DNA of 64,000 nucleotides from Candidatus Binatia bacterium (GTDB lineage Bacteria > Desulfobacterota > Binatia > UBA9968 > CAXXLF01), in NCBI GenBank assembly GCA_963664015.2, contig CAXXLF010000002.1:2144001-2208000 (forward strand). The letters run 5' to 3'. Positions within the stretch are counted from its first letter, which is position 1. Every line of letters starts with the position of its first letter. The translations under genes were made by a program, and so were the position numbers. Below the pieces are notes generated by a model, which had not been told where the DNA came from, did not search any database, and saw nothing but the letters and a program-made list of their open reading frames with translations. Positions 19,267 through 29,424 of the stretch are shown in pieces.

Positions 19267-19418
19267 TAATCATCCCCTCCCTAAAATTTAAAATTCCAAG
19301 CCCGTAATCCTTAACACAAGGCGGGAGGAAAGGGCACAGGGCTTGAACCAGGAGAAAGGGGAAGCCGGGAGGATGAAGTTGGAGTGTCTTTATTCTAATG
19401 AGACCGAGGTTGGCAAAT

Positions 19419-20279
19419 CTAAACCCCGTCGTTGGATAGTTTGCGCAGAGAGGTGGCGAGTCCGAAAAGGGACAAGCTATGGATCAACCATTTAGAAGGA
19501 TCGAAGTTGTACCAGTGAGGACCGTTGCGATAATCACTTTGATACCGGTGATGAAAATTGTGATAGCCCTCGCCGAAGGTGATAAGCGAAACCCACCAGC
19601 TATCCCGACTCGAGTCCGAACTGCTGTAAGGTTGATCCCCCCAGATATGGCAGATGGAATTAATACAGAAGGTCGAGTTGAGCACAAAAAATGTTCGACC
19701 GGCGCCGGCTAAGAGGAAACAACCCAGTCCCCCCTGCCATCCATTGGTGATAAAACCGACGACAAACGGCAGCAACAGGCCGGAAAGGAGAATGGCGAGA
19801 TAGTTGGAATGCTGCCACATGACCACGGGATCCTTGAGCAGGCGGGTAGCAAATTTGACGTCACGATTTGGATCTTTCCAGAACAGCCAACCACAGTGAC
19901 TATACCAGAACCCAAGCATTGCGTTGTAGGGGTCCTCTTCCTGGTCAGTTCGGGCATGGTGGCGGATATGGTCGCGCGCCCAATTCAGAGCTGAGTTTTC
20001 TAGGGCCCAACCGCCGGCAATCATCAAGGCCGCCTTTACCCAGTCGGGACATGTAAAGCTACGATGGGTGATCAGGCGATGATATCCTACCGTGATACCT
20101 AAACCAGTGATCAGGTAAAGTATGGCAAACATCGTCCAGTCAACCCAGGTGTAGTCGAAATAGTAAGCATAGGTTGGAAGTCCCACGAGAGTCCCCAAGG
20201 TGACCAGCCCGAAGATAAAGGTGGTGCCAAAATCAAATCGCCAGGCTGCGGACGGTGAAGGGTTTGTCGCCGTTATCAT
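19419..20279 (-). CDS. acyl-CoA (delta-9) fatty acid desaturase
   Basis: His boxes GYHRLITH, HIRHH, GEGYHNFHH; NSICH. Confidence 0.93.
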   Translation of the reverse strand: MITATNPSPSAAWRFDFGTTFIFGLVTLGTLVGLPTYAYYFDYTWVDWTMFAILYLITGLGITVGYHRLITHRSFTCPDWVKAALMIAGGWALENSALNWARDHIRHHARTDQEEDPYNAMLGFWYSHCGWLFWKDPNRDVKFATRLLKDPVVMWQHSNYLAILLSGLLLPFVVGFITNGWQGGLGCFLLAGAGRTFFVLNSTFCINSICHIWGDQPYSSSDSSRDSWWVSLITFGEGYHNFHHRYQSDYRNGPHWYNFDPSKWLIHSLSLFGLATSLRKLSNDGV

Positions 20280-20674
20280 AATAGTCGTAATCTCCGGGAC
20301 GTTACACTAACCTATTAAAAACATTCAAATTCTCTCTATTAATTGGACGATTATCGTGCCCCAAACGGGAGAGAAAAGGCCGTTGGTGTTGCCCCTGAGA
20401 CTCGAAACCCTAGTGATTGGGAGGATTAGAACTCCGGGTAAATTCCGGTAGTAGACAATCTTGGCCCAAGGGCACTAACTCTCATTCTACTGAATAACAT
20501 ACTAAGGAAATATTAGGTTAACATATAACCACTTTTGATGAAAGCAAAGAAACGACTTGAAAAGGGGGGTGGCAATGGGCAAAGAGGCAACGAAAAATTC
20601 AAGGATTATTAGGATTAGGAAAGGTCGTAAGCGGTGCCCGATAACGAGGAGTTAGGACCGTGAAGGCTCGAGCG

Positions 20675-20821
20675 CACCCCATAGCCGTCGCCCACAACCA
20701 GTGACCCCGCCGGGTTTCACCTTTTTTCTGATGTCTTGAGTCCAAACAGGACCTGATAGTGCTTCTCCAGCAGCGGGTACTGGTGGCTGATTATCGCTAT
20801 GTGATTGATCTGTACAAACAT
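20675..20821 (-). pseudogene. N-terminal remnant of a VOC-family protein
   Basis: RBS GGAGG + ATG 20821: MFVQINHIAIISHQYPLLEKHYQVLFGLKTSEK, then VVGDGYG in another frame. Confidence 0.6.
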
Positions 20822-20984
20822 TTCACACCTCCATGAAAACGAAGATGCGGTTATGAGAGTGACCGCCAATGATTCGGTCGTACTTTATTCCCGTTGAGTG
20901 GGCCTTGGCAATGAGGCGAGGACGAAGGTAAAAAGTTAAAAGTAAAAAGTTTGAATTGAGATGAGGGGACTCCCTCAAATTTCA

Positions 20985-21650
20985 TTATACTCCACGCCGC
21001 GCACCCCAAAGGAGGATATGCAGACGGGGGGAGTAGCGGAAGCCATAACGCTTGCATTCCTCGATCACCCACGTAGAGCGTTGCAAAATGTCTTTACACT
21101 GGACCCCTTCGGGCATAAGGAGGATTCGTTCTTGGGGGAGCACGAAGCGTTCGGCTAGCCCAATGATTTCCGCCACGTCCGAAGCGTCGACCACGACGAA
21201 TTTCCACCAGGCACCCCGTTGAACAAATTCTCTGACGATCCCCGGATTAATGCGTTTCGCTTCCGGGACTTTTGACTCCGCAAGCTTGAGTGACACGTGC
21301 CACTGATCGACAGGTAAGGGGAGAGGGAATATTGTCCCCGAGGTCTCTACCTCAATCGTGAAGCCGCCGGCTTTTAGGCCGGCAATGAGTGGAGCGAATA
21401 GAGGGGATTCGAGGGGTTCGCCCCCCGTAACCACGGCACGGCGGCAGGGGAAGGCCGATGCCTTTAGTATCAGCCCGTTCAGGGTAACCTCTTGGCCCAT
21501 TTCTGGGTCCCAGGAGTACTTCGTGTCACACCATACACAACCTACGGAACACCCCTGGAGACGGATGAAGACCGCGGGAAGCCCTGCGGTGACGCCTTCC
21601 CCCTGTATGGAGTAAAAGCACTCGGCGATTCTTCCGCTTAGCGCCGTCAT
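20985..21650 (-). CDS. queE: 7-carboxy-7-deazaguanine synthase (radical SAM)
   Basis: EcFYSIQGEG, CSVGCVWCDT, VTGGEP, ETSG, SPRLH. Confidence 0.92.
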   Translation of the reverse strand: MTALSGRIAECFYSIQGEGVTAGLPAVFIRLQGCSVGCVWCDTKYSWDPEMGQEVTLNGLILKASAFPCRRAVVTGGEPLESPLFAPLIAGLKAGGFTIEVETSGTIFPLPLPVDQWHVSLKLAESKVPEAKRINPGIVREFVQRGAWWKFVVVDASDVAEIIGLAERFVLPQERILLMPEGVQCKDILQRSTWVIEECKRYGFRYSPRLHILLWGARRGV

Positions 21651-22075
21651 TCCATGTCTTGAGTCAACTCGCTGTAGCAAGCTGGGGTTTCCTCGATCCG
21701 CACCCGGACTAGCCGCAGATTGTCAGGCAATGCTTTACGAATTGCCAGCCAGGCATGGCGGGTCATGACCTCAGCGGTCGGATTTTCTTTGAAACGCACA
21801 ACCCTCTCGGGAGCATCGGTCTGTACACCCACAATTGCCGGTACCAGTGGATCGTGCGCGGCGAGAAGCGTTGTGTGGTCCCATTGATTTAAGACAGCCC
21901 GTTGAACTAGCGTACGCAGGTCGTCAAAATCCACGACCATACCCAGACCATCGAGCTGCTCAGCCCCTACGGTTACCTCCAGGTAATAGGTGTGGCCGTG
22001 GAGGTAGGCGCACTTGCCAGTATGTCCCAGGATCCGATGGGCGGCATCAAATTGAAATCGTCTAGTAAGATTCAT
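21647..22075 (-). CDS. queD: 6-carboxy-5,6,7,8-tetrahydropterin synthase
   Basis: FDAAHR, CAYLHGHTY, GMVVDF, NPTAE, ET. Confidence 0.92.
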   Translation of the reverse strand: MNLTRRFQFDAAHRILGHTGKCAYLHGHTYYLEVTVGAEQLDGLGMVVDFDDLRTLVQRAVLNQWDHTTLLAAHDPLVPAIVGVQTDAPERVVRFKENPTAEVMTRHAWLAIRKALPDNLRLVRVRIEETPACYSELTQDME

Positions 22076-22274
22076 GAGGCGCTGGTCAAGTTCCGGATGC
22101 CGTCGGAAACCTAGGTAGGTCCATTGGTCCCAAGTAGAACCATTGCGGCGGGATGGAACTCAAGCCTTTACATTTATTTGCAAATGGTGGTGCCCATATG
22201 GCTTTGAGAACTCTATTTTATTCCCGGGCTCAATTCAACGAGCCCTTCCTCCATACCCGCAGACGTTGGGGGCG

Positions 22275-22976
22275 TCAATCTACTTGCAGTATTCCACGAT
22301 CCGCAACGCTGAAGTACCTATCCTGTCCAATGACCACATGGTCCAGGACACGAATCCCCATCATCTCGCCGACCTCTTTTAATCTATGGGTAATCTCCGT
22401 GTCTTCCTGGCTGGGTGTCGGGTCACCACTAGGGTGGTTGTGAACGAATAGGACTGCCGCTGCCGATTCGCGGATAGCTGGGCAAAAAACTTACCGCGGG
22501 TGGACTAATGAAGCGGTCAGGGAACCTTCTGAGACCTTAACCTCGCGGAATTTTCGATCCTTGTTGTTCAGCAGCACGACGTAAAAGATCTCTCGTCTTT
22601 CTTTTTGAAACCTGGTTTGGAAATGGTGAAAGACGTTCTCTGAAGAACGCAAGAGCGCTCCCGTTCCCCATTTTTTTTGTCCCAGCCGCCTGGCAATCTC
22701 CAGGTTGGCCTTTAGTTGGGCCAGTTTGGCCGATCCAATGCCCTTGATGATTCTGAGTTCTTCCGGCGAGGCCTCGTCCAGGCCATTTAGGCCTTTGAAG
22801 CGGGTGAGGAGGGCCCGGGCATGGTCCAGGGCCGTCTCCTTTGTGCTTGCATTGCCGGTCCGCAGTATGATGGCGAGGAATTCGGTTGCGGACGACGACT
22901 CGGCTCCGTTATTGAGAAGCTTCTTGTGGGGTCGGTCCTCTTCGGGCCAATCCTTAATGGTGCGGTAGCGGGCCAT
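22275..22976 (-). pseudogene. radC: RadC/UPF0758 JAB-domain protein with an in-frame stop
   Basis: VHPR*(TAA 22493-22491; normally E)VFCPAIRESAAAVLFVHNHPSGDPTPS...LDHVVIG continues in frame. Confidence 0.88.
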
Positions 22977-23075
22977 CGGATGCCTCCTAATGTCTGATCC
23001 GACACATGAATATGACTTGCCTTTAAACCTAGATTCTTTCCGGTAAAATGTTTAATACACCGAGATCAAGAAAGT

Positions 23076-23150
23076 TCTCGCGCCATGCCACCAAGCTCGC
23101 AAAGAAAAATAATTTTCTATTTTCTCTGAACTTAGCCTCCTTTGCGCGAG
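23076..23150. repeat. REP-like imperfect palindrome
   Basis: CTCGCGC...CTCGCAAAG...CTTTGCGCGAG; partial copy near 24768-24792. Confidence 0.45.
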
Positions 23151-23208
23151 TGATTGTTTTTCCGATTCTGTAATCCAAATTTCAACTAAAAATTCCAACT
23201 ATATTTGG

Positions 23209-23688
23209 CTAGTGTTTACGGATAAACGTTCCGCTCTTTCCGCCGCTCTTTTTGACAAGGCGGATATCACTGATCGTCATTTCGCGATCCACGGCCTTGC
23301 ACATATCGTATATGGTCAAGGCGCACACGGATACGGCCGTCATGGCTTCCATCTCGACCCCGGTTTGGCCAGTGACCTTGGCCCGCCCTTCTATCTCGAT
23401 ACGGGTGGGATCTTTTCCCGGCGTCAGGATGAGTTCGACGGAGGTGATGTTCAGGGGGTGGCACATGGGGATGAGATCGGGTGTTTTCTTAGCGCCCATG
23501 ATGCCGGCTACTCGGGCCACGGAAAACACGTCCCCCTTCTCGACCCGATTTTCCCTAATTAACTTGAGGGTTTGGGGCCGCATGGAAATAAACCCCCGGG
23601 CTACGGCAACCTTCTCTGTGGGTTTTTTTGCCGTAACATCTACCATGCGGGCGCGACCTTGAGCATCCAAGTGTGACAGCTTTGCCAT
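23209..23688 (-). CDS. moaC: cyclic pyranopterin monophosphate synthase
   Basis: ARMVDV, KGDV, LIPMCHP, TGVEMEA, YDMCKA, KSGG. Confidence 0.97.
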   Translation of the reverse strand: MAKLSHLDAQGRARMVDVTAKKPTEKVAVARGFISMRPQTLKLIRENRVEKGDVFSVARVAGIMGAKKTPDLIPMCHPLNITSVELILTPGKDPTRIEIEGRAKVTGQTGVEMEAMTAVSVCALTIYDMCKAVDREMTISDIRLVKKSGGKSGTFIRKH

Positions 23689-23757
23689 GTGCGACTCCTT
23701 TGCGGTGTGGATTCCACCATTGTTTGCGTGGAAAGTCTTTTATGCTACAAAAAATCT

Positions 23758-24699
23758 GTGGAGAAAAAAAGCCATCACCGAATAATCATTCTGGGTTCGG
23801 GGCCCGCTGGCCTCACGGCGGCCGTCTACACAGCCAGGGCCAACTTGGAACCGCTAGTCATAGAGGGACCTCAGCCCGGTGGCCAGCTGACTATTACTAC
23901 CGATGTGGAAAACTATCCCGGCTTTCCCGACGGTATCCTGGGACCCGACCTCATGGACGTGTTCAGGCAACAAGCGGAACGATTTGGCAGCCAGGTTCTC
24001 TTTGGCGAAGTGACCAAGGTCCAACTGGGGGAAAGGCCCTTCAAGATTGAGATGAGGAAAGAGACCCTGACCTGCGATGCCCTCATCGTTGCGACCGGTG
24101 CGTCGGCTATGCTCTTGGGGTTGGAATCGGAGAAAAAACTGATGGGTTATGGCGTGTCGGCCTGCGCAACTTGCGATGGTTTTTTCTTCAAGGAGAAAAA
24201 TTTGATCGCTGTTGGGGGAGGGGATACAGCCATGGAAGAGGCCCTCTACCTCACCAAGTTCGCTAAGAAGGTCAGTATCGTTCACCGTAGAGACCAGCTG
24301 CGTGCGTCCAAGATCATGCAGGATCGGGCCAAGAAAAACCCCAAAATTGATTTTATCTTGGATAGCGTCGTGGAAGAAGTGTACGGTGATCCCCTGAACG
24401 GCGGTGTCACTGGCGTGAAATTGAGAAACGTCAAATCGGGGAAAAGTCAGGAGTTCAAGTGCGACGGGGTCTTTATCGCCATCGGTCACGAGCCCAATAC
24501 GCAACTCTTTAAGGGCCAATTGGAGCTCAATGACAAGGGCTACATTATGACCCGGGAGGGCACCCGAACCAACGTCCCCGGAGTCTTTGCCAGCGGTGAT
24601 GCTCAGGACTACGTCTACCGCCAGGCCGTGACTGCAGCCGGGACGGGTTGCATGGCGGCCATCGACGCCGAGCGATACCTGGAAAGCCTCGAATCCTAA
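23758..24699 (+). CDS. trxB: thioredoxin-disulfide reductase
   Basis: GSGPAG, GGQL, CATCD, GGGDTAMEEA, RQAVTAAG; probable GTG start at 23758. Confidence 0.96.
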   Translation: MEKKSHHRIIILGSGPAGLTAAVYTARANLEPLVIEGPQPGGQLTITTDVENYPGFPDGILGPDLMDVFRQQAERFGSQVLFGEVTKVQLGERPFKIEMRKETLTCDALIVATGASAMLLGLESEKKLMGYGVSACATCDGFFFKEKNLIAVGGGDTAMEEALYLTKFAKKVSIVHRRDQLRASKIMQDRAKKNPKIDFILDSVVEEVYGDPLNGGVTGVKLRNVKSGKSQEFKCDGVFIAIGHEPNTQLFKGQLELNDKGYIMTREGTRTNVPGVFASGDAQDYVYRQAVTAAGTGCMAAIDAERYLESLES

Positions 24700-24716
24700 C
24701 CGAATTAACAAAGACT

Positions 24717-25010
24717 TCCCCTTCGCTAAGGCTTCGGGGAATCCTCCGAAGCTTTAGCGTAGGAGGATCTCGCGCCAAAACTTCTCCGAACTAAAATCCG
24801 AATTTCAAAGCTCGGAATCTCAAACAAACGAAAACTGTCCAATATAAAATTCGAAATCCAAGACCAGATCTCTTGGTAGTTTATTGTTTTGGATCATTCG
24901 AATTTGTTTCGAATCTCGGATTTTGAGTTTCGAAAATGTCCGAATCCTCATCTGTGATGATCTGCGTAAATATGCAGTTAATGGCTTCTGGCGCTTTGCT
25001 CCATGCGCTT
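24717..25010. repeat. composite cluster: inverted REP doublet + long AT-rich stem-loop + copy of the 1309-1377 motif
   Basis: CCTTCGCTAAGGCTTCGGGGA / TCCTCCGAAGCTTTAGCGTAGG; IR CGAACTAAAATCCGAATTTC vs GAATCTCGGATTTTGAGTTTCG; AAATGTCCGAATCCT(C/T)ATCTG shared with 1309. Confidence 0.7.
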
Positions 25011-25029
25011 GGCTGCTCCCCAATCTGTG

Positions 25030-25890
25030 CTACCAGTAGCTGTTGGCCATCTGGTGGACAGCGCGTACCACACCCTAGCCAACCTTAGCCATAAATTCGA
25101 GATCAAGGGGTTTCAGCGTGTCCGATCGGCCATGGTAGTGGGGATTGCGAAAAAAGGGGGTGTCGGTTATCAGAAGCGCCGGATAGTCGAGGTCCCAGAA
25201 AGGGGAGTGGTCGCTCAGGCGCACCTGAGGGAGCAGGGAGCCGTTCCCGGGTACCGAGAGGGTTTCAACTGGCAATCCCCGCACGCGTCTGAATTGCCGG
25301 GAGAATTGTTTCAGTAGAGAATTGGAGTTCCAATTACCAACCATAGCGATAAAGCTGCCTCGATCGGGGTAAAACCAGCTGAGCCCGACGAGGAACTCCT
25401 GACTCCCTGGGCGGCCATCCGTATAACCAACCATCTCCAGGGAGACCATGGCCTGAACCTCCGCCTTGGAAGTCTTGATTTTCCTGGCGAAGTGGGTGCT
25501 GCCGATCATGTTGAACTCTTCCAAATTAAAGCCGCAGAATAGTACCTGGGTGTGAAGCCTTGTCCGAGCCAGGATCATTGCCGTCTCGAGCATGACGGCG
25601 AGGCCACTGGCATTGTCGTCAGCCCCCCGGCGTTCCCGTCACCGAGTCGAAGTGAGCACCGACGATGATGATAGGGGAGCGCGGGTGGAGCCGGTTCGGC
25701 CGATCACATTGCGAAAGGCCTTACCCCGGAAGCGAAAGGTGTCACTTCCGATGTGAAGCCAATCGCTTCTAAATTCCCTTTCGATGGTGTTCTCGACCTC
25801 GGCGAGGTGGCGGGGGCTGCTCAGGGGATGTCTCTCAGCAACAATTTTCAGGAGCTTCTTTTTAAGTTCTTTCGGATCGACTCTTAGCAA
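25030..25890 (-). pseudogene. M28 family peptidase, frameshifted
   Basis: GAHFDSV / GADDNASG / NLEE / SLEMVGY / SDHSPF / HYH motifs split by two frameshifts (~25675, ~25625) plus a TAG at 25075. Confidence 0.85.
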
Positions 25891-26654
25891 ACGTTGGCCC
25901 GCAGGCGCACGGAAATGCCGCGCTCTTTGAGATAGGACTTGCACTCGTCAATGGAGTACTCGCGGTAGTGAAAGATTGAAGCGGCCAAAGCGGCACTGGC
26001 CCCCCCTTGGGTTAGCCCATCGTAGATATGCTCCGGTTTGCCCACCCCGCCTGAGGCGATGACTGGAATGGTTACCTGATCTGCAATCGCCCGGGTCAAC
26101 TGCAAGTCATATCCATCCTTTGTCCCGTCCCGGTCCATACTGGTCAGGAGGATCTCCCCTGCGCCGTAGGTCGCCATTTGCTCAGCCCAGGCGCAGGCGT
26201 CTCGGCCGGTTGGTTTCCTCCCCCCATGGGTGAAGACTTCCCAGTGGTCCCCGACCCGCTTGGCGTCGATGGCTACGACAATGCACTGACTGCCAAAGGA
26301 CTCGGCCGCCTCGCGCACGAAGTCCGGCCTCGCCACTGCTCCGGTGTTGATGGACACTTTATCGGCCCCGGCGGTGAGCAGCTCGTGGATCTGACTCAGT
26401 TGATTGAGTCCTCCGCCAACAGTGAGGGGCATGAAGACCTGGTCCGCCGTACTCGCAACCACGTCGAGAATGATTTTCCGCTTCTCATGGGAGGCGGTGA
26501 TATCGAGGAAACAAAGCTCGTCGGCTCCTTCCTCGTTGTAAAGCCTGGCGATCTCCACCGGGTCCCCCGCGTCCCGTAGTTCGACGAAGTTGACCCCTTT
26601 GACAACCCGTCCAGCGCTAACGTCCAGACATGGAATGATGCGTTTGGTAAGCAA
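25884..26654 (-). CDS. hisF: imidazole glycerol phosphate synthase cyclase subunit
   Basis: [33 protein letters not shown]; probable TTG start. Confidence 0.97.
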   Translation of the reverse strand: MLTKRIIPCLDVSAGRVVKGVNFVELRDAGDPVEIARLYNEEGADELCFLDITASHEKRKIILDVVASTADQVFMPLTVGGGLNQLSQIHELLTAGADKVSINTGAVARPDFVREAAESFGSQCIVVAIDAKRVGDHWEVFTHGGRKPTGRDACAWAEQMATYGAGEILLTSMDRDGTKDGYDLQLTRAIADQVTIPVIASGGVGKPEHIYDGLTQGGASAALAASIFHYREYSIDECKSYLKERGISVRLRANVC

Positions 26655-26872
26655 GGGTCTGTTAAATCCCGATTCCCCGTAATATTCGTGAAAGAGTTCC
26701 ATCTGAAACTATAATCAATCACCTGGAGAATGGGAAGAGACCTCGCTCGGCACTTACGGGAGGCGCAAAGTTCTATTGACACAGAGACCGACGGCTGATA
26801 CCTGGGGGCCACCTCCTGAGGCCCGTCGGGTCCGGAGGACCGTGCGAGGCGCCAAGGCAAAGGAGCTTATCC

Positions 26873-27514
26873 ATGACCGCGACAATGAATTCGCATCTCT
26901 AAATAGTACTTCCACCGGGCCCATGGACAAAGGCCCTCGAAGACGGCACGGTCAGTGTCCCCGGACTCACCTGGGATGCGATGACCGATATAACAAGGGC
27001 CCCGGAACGATTTGTGGCGACCCATGGCAAAGACGTGGACGTTGGGGAGAACGGTCTACGGCGCTACATTACCGCGTATCCGGCTACTCGGGTCTGGGGA
27101 CAACGGGCCTCGGAGGAAGAAAGAGCGCAGTAGCGCTGGCAGCAGATGAGCCCGGAGCAAAGGGAGGAGCTGAAAGAACGTTACGAAAAATGGAAGGCTC
27201 TGCCTTCTGAGGACAGACAAAGGCTACGGCAGAGATGGGATCGCTGGCAGTCACTCTCTCCCGAGGAACAGAAGTCTCTCAGACGCCGCTATGATCGATA
27301 TCGTGAACTACCGCAGGGAAAACGGCGTGAGTTGCGGAAGAAGTGGGCAAATTGTGAAAAGCGCGGGCGTATTTCACCGGAGCGAAGGCGGGAATCTCGT
27401 AGGAACAATAAAAAGCAAAGGCCAAATCAAGGGCGCAGCCTACTATCTATTGGAACTTGTCCTTGCAGGTATACAAACACTGATTGGCCGTTTCTGTGCA
27501 CGCTTCAGGCCTGA
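26873..27514 (+). pseudogene. chimeric remnant: decarboxylase-like N-terminus joined to DUF3106-type helical repeats
   Basis: One frame from RBS AAGGAG/ATG 26873 with TAA 26900 and TAG 27131; TKALEDGTVSVPG; W..(M/L)SPE(Q/E) repeats. Confidence 0.55.
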
Positions 27515-27929
27515 TATTGGGTTTATCAACAATACAAACCATAAAATAATCGGCACAGGTCTTCTTACAGACTTTGTATTTGGCGGCCCTCTTTTCTGTT
27601 TTCGGCGCCTCCACTATTGGCTTGGCATCTTTACAGCCTGCATTTTCTTCACCCCACGGCATCAGGGTTTTGCAGAGGATGGCACCATTAAGATGGGCGT
27701 TTTTCAAGATAGCTGTGGAGAGGTCTGCTCCGCTCAAGTCGGCAACCCTCAAGTTGGCATTTCTCAACTTGGCGCCACTCAAGTCGATATCACTCAAATC
27801 ACATCCCTCACAGGCATTGAGGGCCTTGAGTTTCATCAGGTGTTTGGCGTCAAACGCACTGGCAGCTCCGCTGCCACAGAGGGCCACCGCCAAGACCATC
27901 AGAGCCGTCAGTATCTTCAGGTTCCACAT
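27447..27929 (-). CDS. secreted pentapeptide-repeat protein with a Cys-rich C-terminal domain
   Basis: Signal peptide ...AASA|F; A(D/N)LxG repeats; CX3CX6CX11CX6CX3C tail. Confidence 0.85.
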   Translation of the reverse strand: MWNLKILTALMVLAVALCGSGAASAFDAKHLMKLKALNACEGCDLSDIDLSGAKLRNANLRVADLSGADLSTAILKNAHLNGAILCKTLMPWGEENAGCKDAKPIVEAPKTEKRAAKYKVCKKTCADYFMVCIVDKPNIRPEACTETANQCLYTCKDKFQ

Positions 27930-28083
27930 CGTCTGCTGCCTCCCTGCGTCCTCTACCGTAGCACCCATCGCCGTCAATGAAATAGCCGCTGACGATTAAT
28001 CAGCGGCTTCCAACTCACGATACATTAACCTGAAATCACAAAACCACCGACGAAAAAAGAAGATACAGAGAGTAGCCCGGATG

Positions 28084-28803
28084 CTACGCAGCCTCGATGG
28101 CCTGTCGCAACGTGAATGCCCCGGCGTAAAGGGCCTTACCGACAATGACCGCCTCGATGCCGTCGGTTTCCAGTTCCTTGAGGTGGTGGATGTCGTTGAG
28201 GGAAGCGACACCGCCTGATGCAATGACGGGAATCTTGAGGGCGCGGGCCAGCCGGCGTGTCTCGGAGAGATTGACGCCCGTCTGCGTACCGTCACGGGTG
28301 ATATCCGTATAGATGATTCGTGCGGCCCCATCCGCCTCACAGCGCTTAGCCAGTTCCATGGCATCCATGGAGGTGTCTTCCTTCCATCCCCTGAGCGCTA
28401 CTCGGCCGCCGCGGGCATCGATGCCGACGGCGATTTTTCCCGGCCATCTCTTACAAGCCGACTGTAAGAACTCACGGTCTTCATAGGCCGCGGTCCCAAT
28501 AACCACACGATGGATGCCTGCTTCTACGGCCTGCTCCACCGAGCCAAGGGACCGAATTCCGCCGCCTAGCTGGACCGGGATTCCTATGCCCTGACAGATG
28601 GCCGCTACTTCCATTCGGTGAACAGGGGCTCCTTCAACGGCGCCGTTCAGGTCGACAACGTGGAGCAGGGACGCGCCCTCGGCGACCCATTGTCGTGCAG
28701 CCTCGAGAGGACTTTCGTTGTAAACCGTTTCCCGGTCCATGTCCCCCTGGAACAAGCGGACGCACCGGCCATCCTTGATGTCAACGGCGGGGATGATCTG
28801 CAT
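28084..28803 (-). CDS. hisA: ProFAR isomerase
   Basis: IIPAVDIKDGRCVRL, HVVDL, GGGIR, TDITRDG. Confidence 0.97.
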   Translation of the reverse strand: MQIIPAVDIKDGRCVRLFQGDMDRETVYNESPLEAARQWVAEGASLLHVVDLNGAVEGAPVHRMEVAAICQGIGIPVQLGGGIRSLGSVEQAVEAGIHRVVIGTAAYEDREFLQSACKRWPGKIAVGIDARGGRVALRGWKEDTSMDAMELAKRCEADGAARIIYTDITRDGTQTGVNLSETRRLARALKIPVIASGGVASLNDIHHLKELETDGIEAVIVGKALYAGAFTLRQAIEAA

Positions 28804-28806
28804 GGG

Positions 28807-29424
28807 CTAGCCCCTCTCGGCATAGCGTGCGAAGTTGGCAAGGATGCGTAGTCCCACCTGTTGGCTTTTTTCCGGATGGAACTGGCACGCAAAGAGATGA
28901 TCAGTGGCAATGCTAGAGACGAAATCCGCCCCGTAAGGTGTGGTTGTGGCAACGAGGGAATCCCCTTTGGGGTTCACATAGAAAGAGTGGACAAAGTACA
29001 CGTGCTCACCATCGGAAATGCCTTCGAGAAAGGGTGTGTCCTTTTTCTTGTTGATGCGGTTCCATCCCATGTGCGGAACTTTGTGTTCGCCATCAGCCTG
29101 AAAGCCCAGCACCCGACCGGGAAAGAGGTCGAGACCCTTTTGCAAACCGAATTCCTCGCTCTCGCTGAAAAGAAGCTGAAAGCCGAGACAGATGCCGAGA
29201 AAAGGCCTTTGTTTTTGTACCCAGTCCTGAACCGCTTCAGTCAGTCCAAAGCGTTTCAGGTTGTCCATACATGCGTGGAAGGCACCGACCCCGGGAAGAA
29301 CGATCCCGCGGGCGGTGTCGATTCGCTGGAGGTCGCGAGTCACCTCGGCTTGAAACCCCGCGTGCTCCAATCCTTTCTGGACGCTCCGTAGGTTGCCCAT
29401 GCCGTAGTCGATGATAGCGATCAT
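28807..29424 (-). CDS. hisH: imidazole glycerol phosphate synthase glutaminase subunit
   Basis: DYGMGNL, PGVG, GICLG, PHMGWN, QFHPEKS. Confidence 0.97.
   Translation of the reverse strand: MIAIIDYGMGNLRSVQKGLEHAGFQAEVTRDLQRIDTARGIVLPGVGAFHACMDNLKRFGLTEAVQDWVQKQRPFLGICLGFQLLFSESEEFGLQKGLDLFPGRVLGFQADGEHKVPHMGWNRINKKKDTPFLEGISDGEHVYFVHSFYVNPKGDSLVATTTPYGADFVSSIATDHLFACQFHPEKSQQVGLRILANFARYAERG

Noticed and set aside
22076-22200. preQ1 riboswitch upstream of queD
   Set aside because: A GGTTCTA-like word is present but there is no proper P1 stem with an A-rich 3' tail.
22275-22976. radC as a marker of a prophage or ICE
   Set aside because: It is the long chromosomal form next to moaC, with no integrase, phage or conjugation genes in the window.
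23854-24711. Long antisense ORFs opposite trxB, murA, tkt and others
   Set aside because: Shadow frames of well-conserved genes, expected in GC-rich coding DNA.
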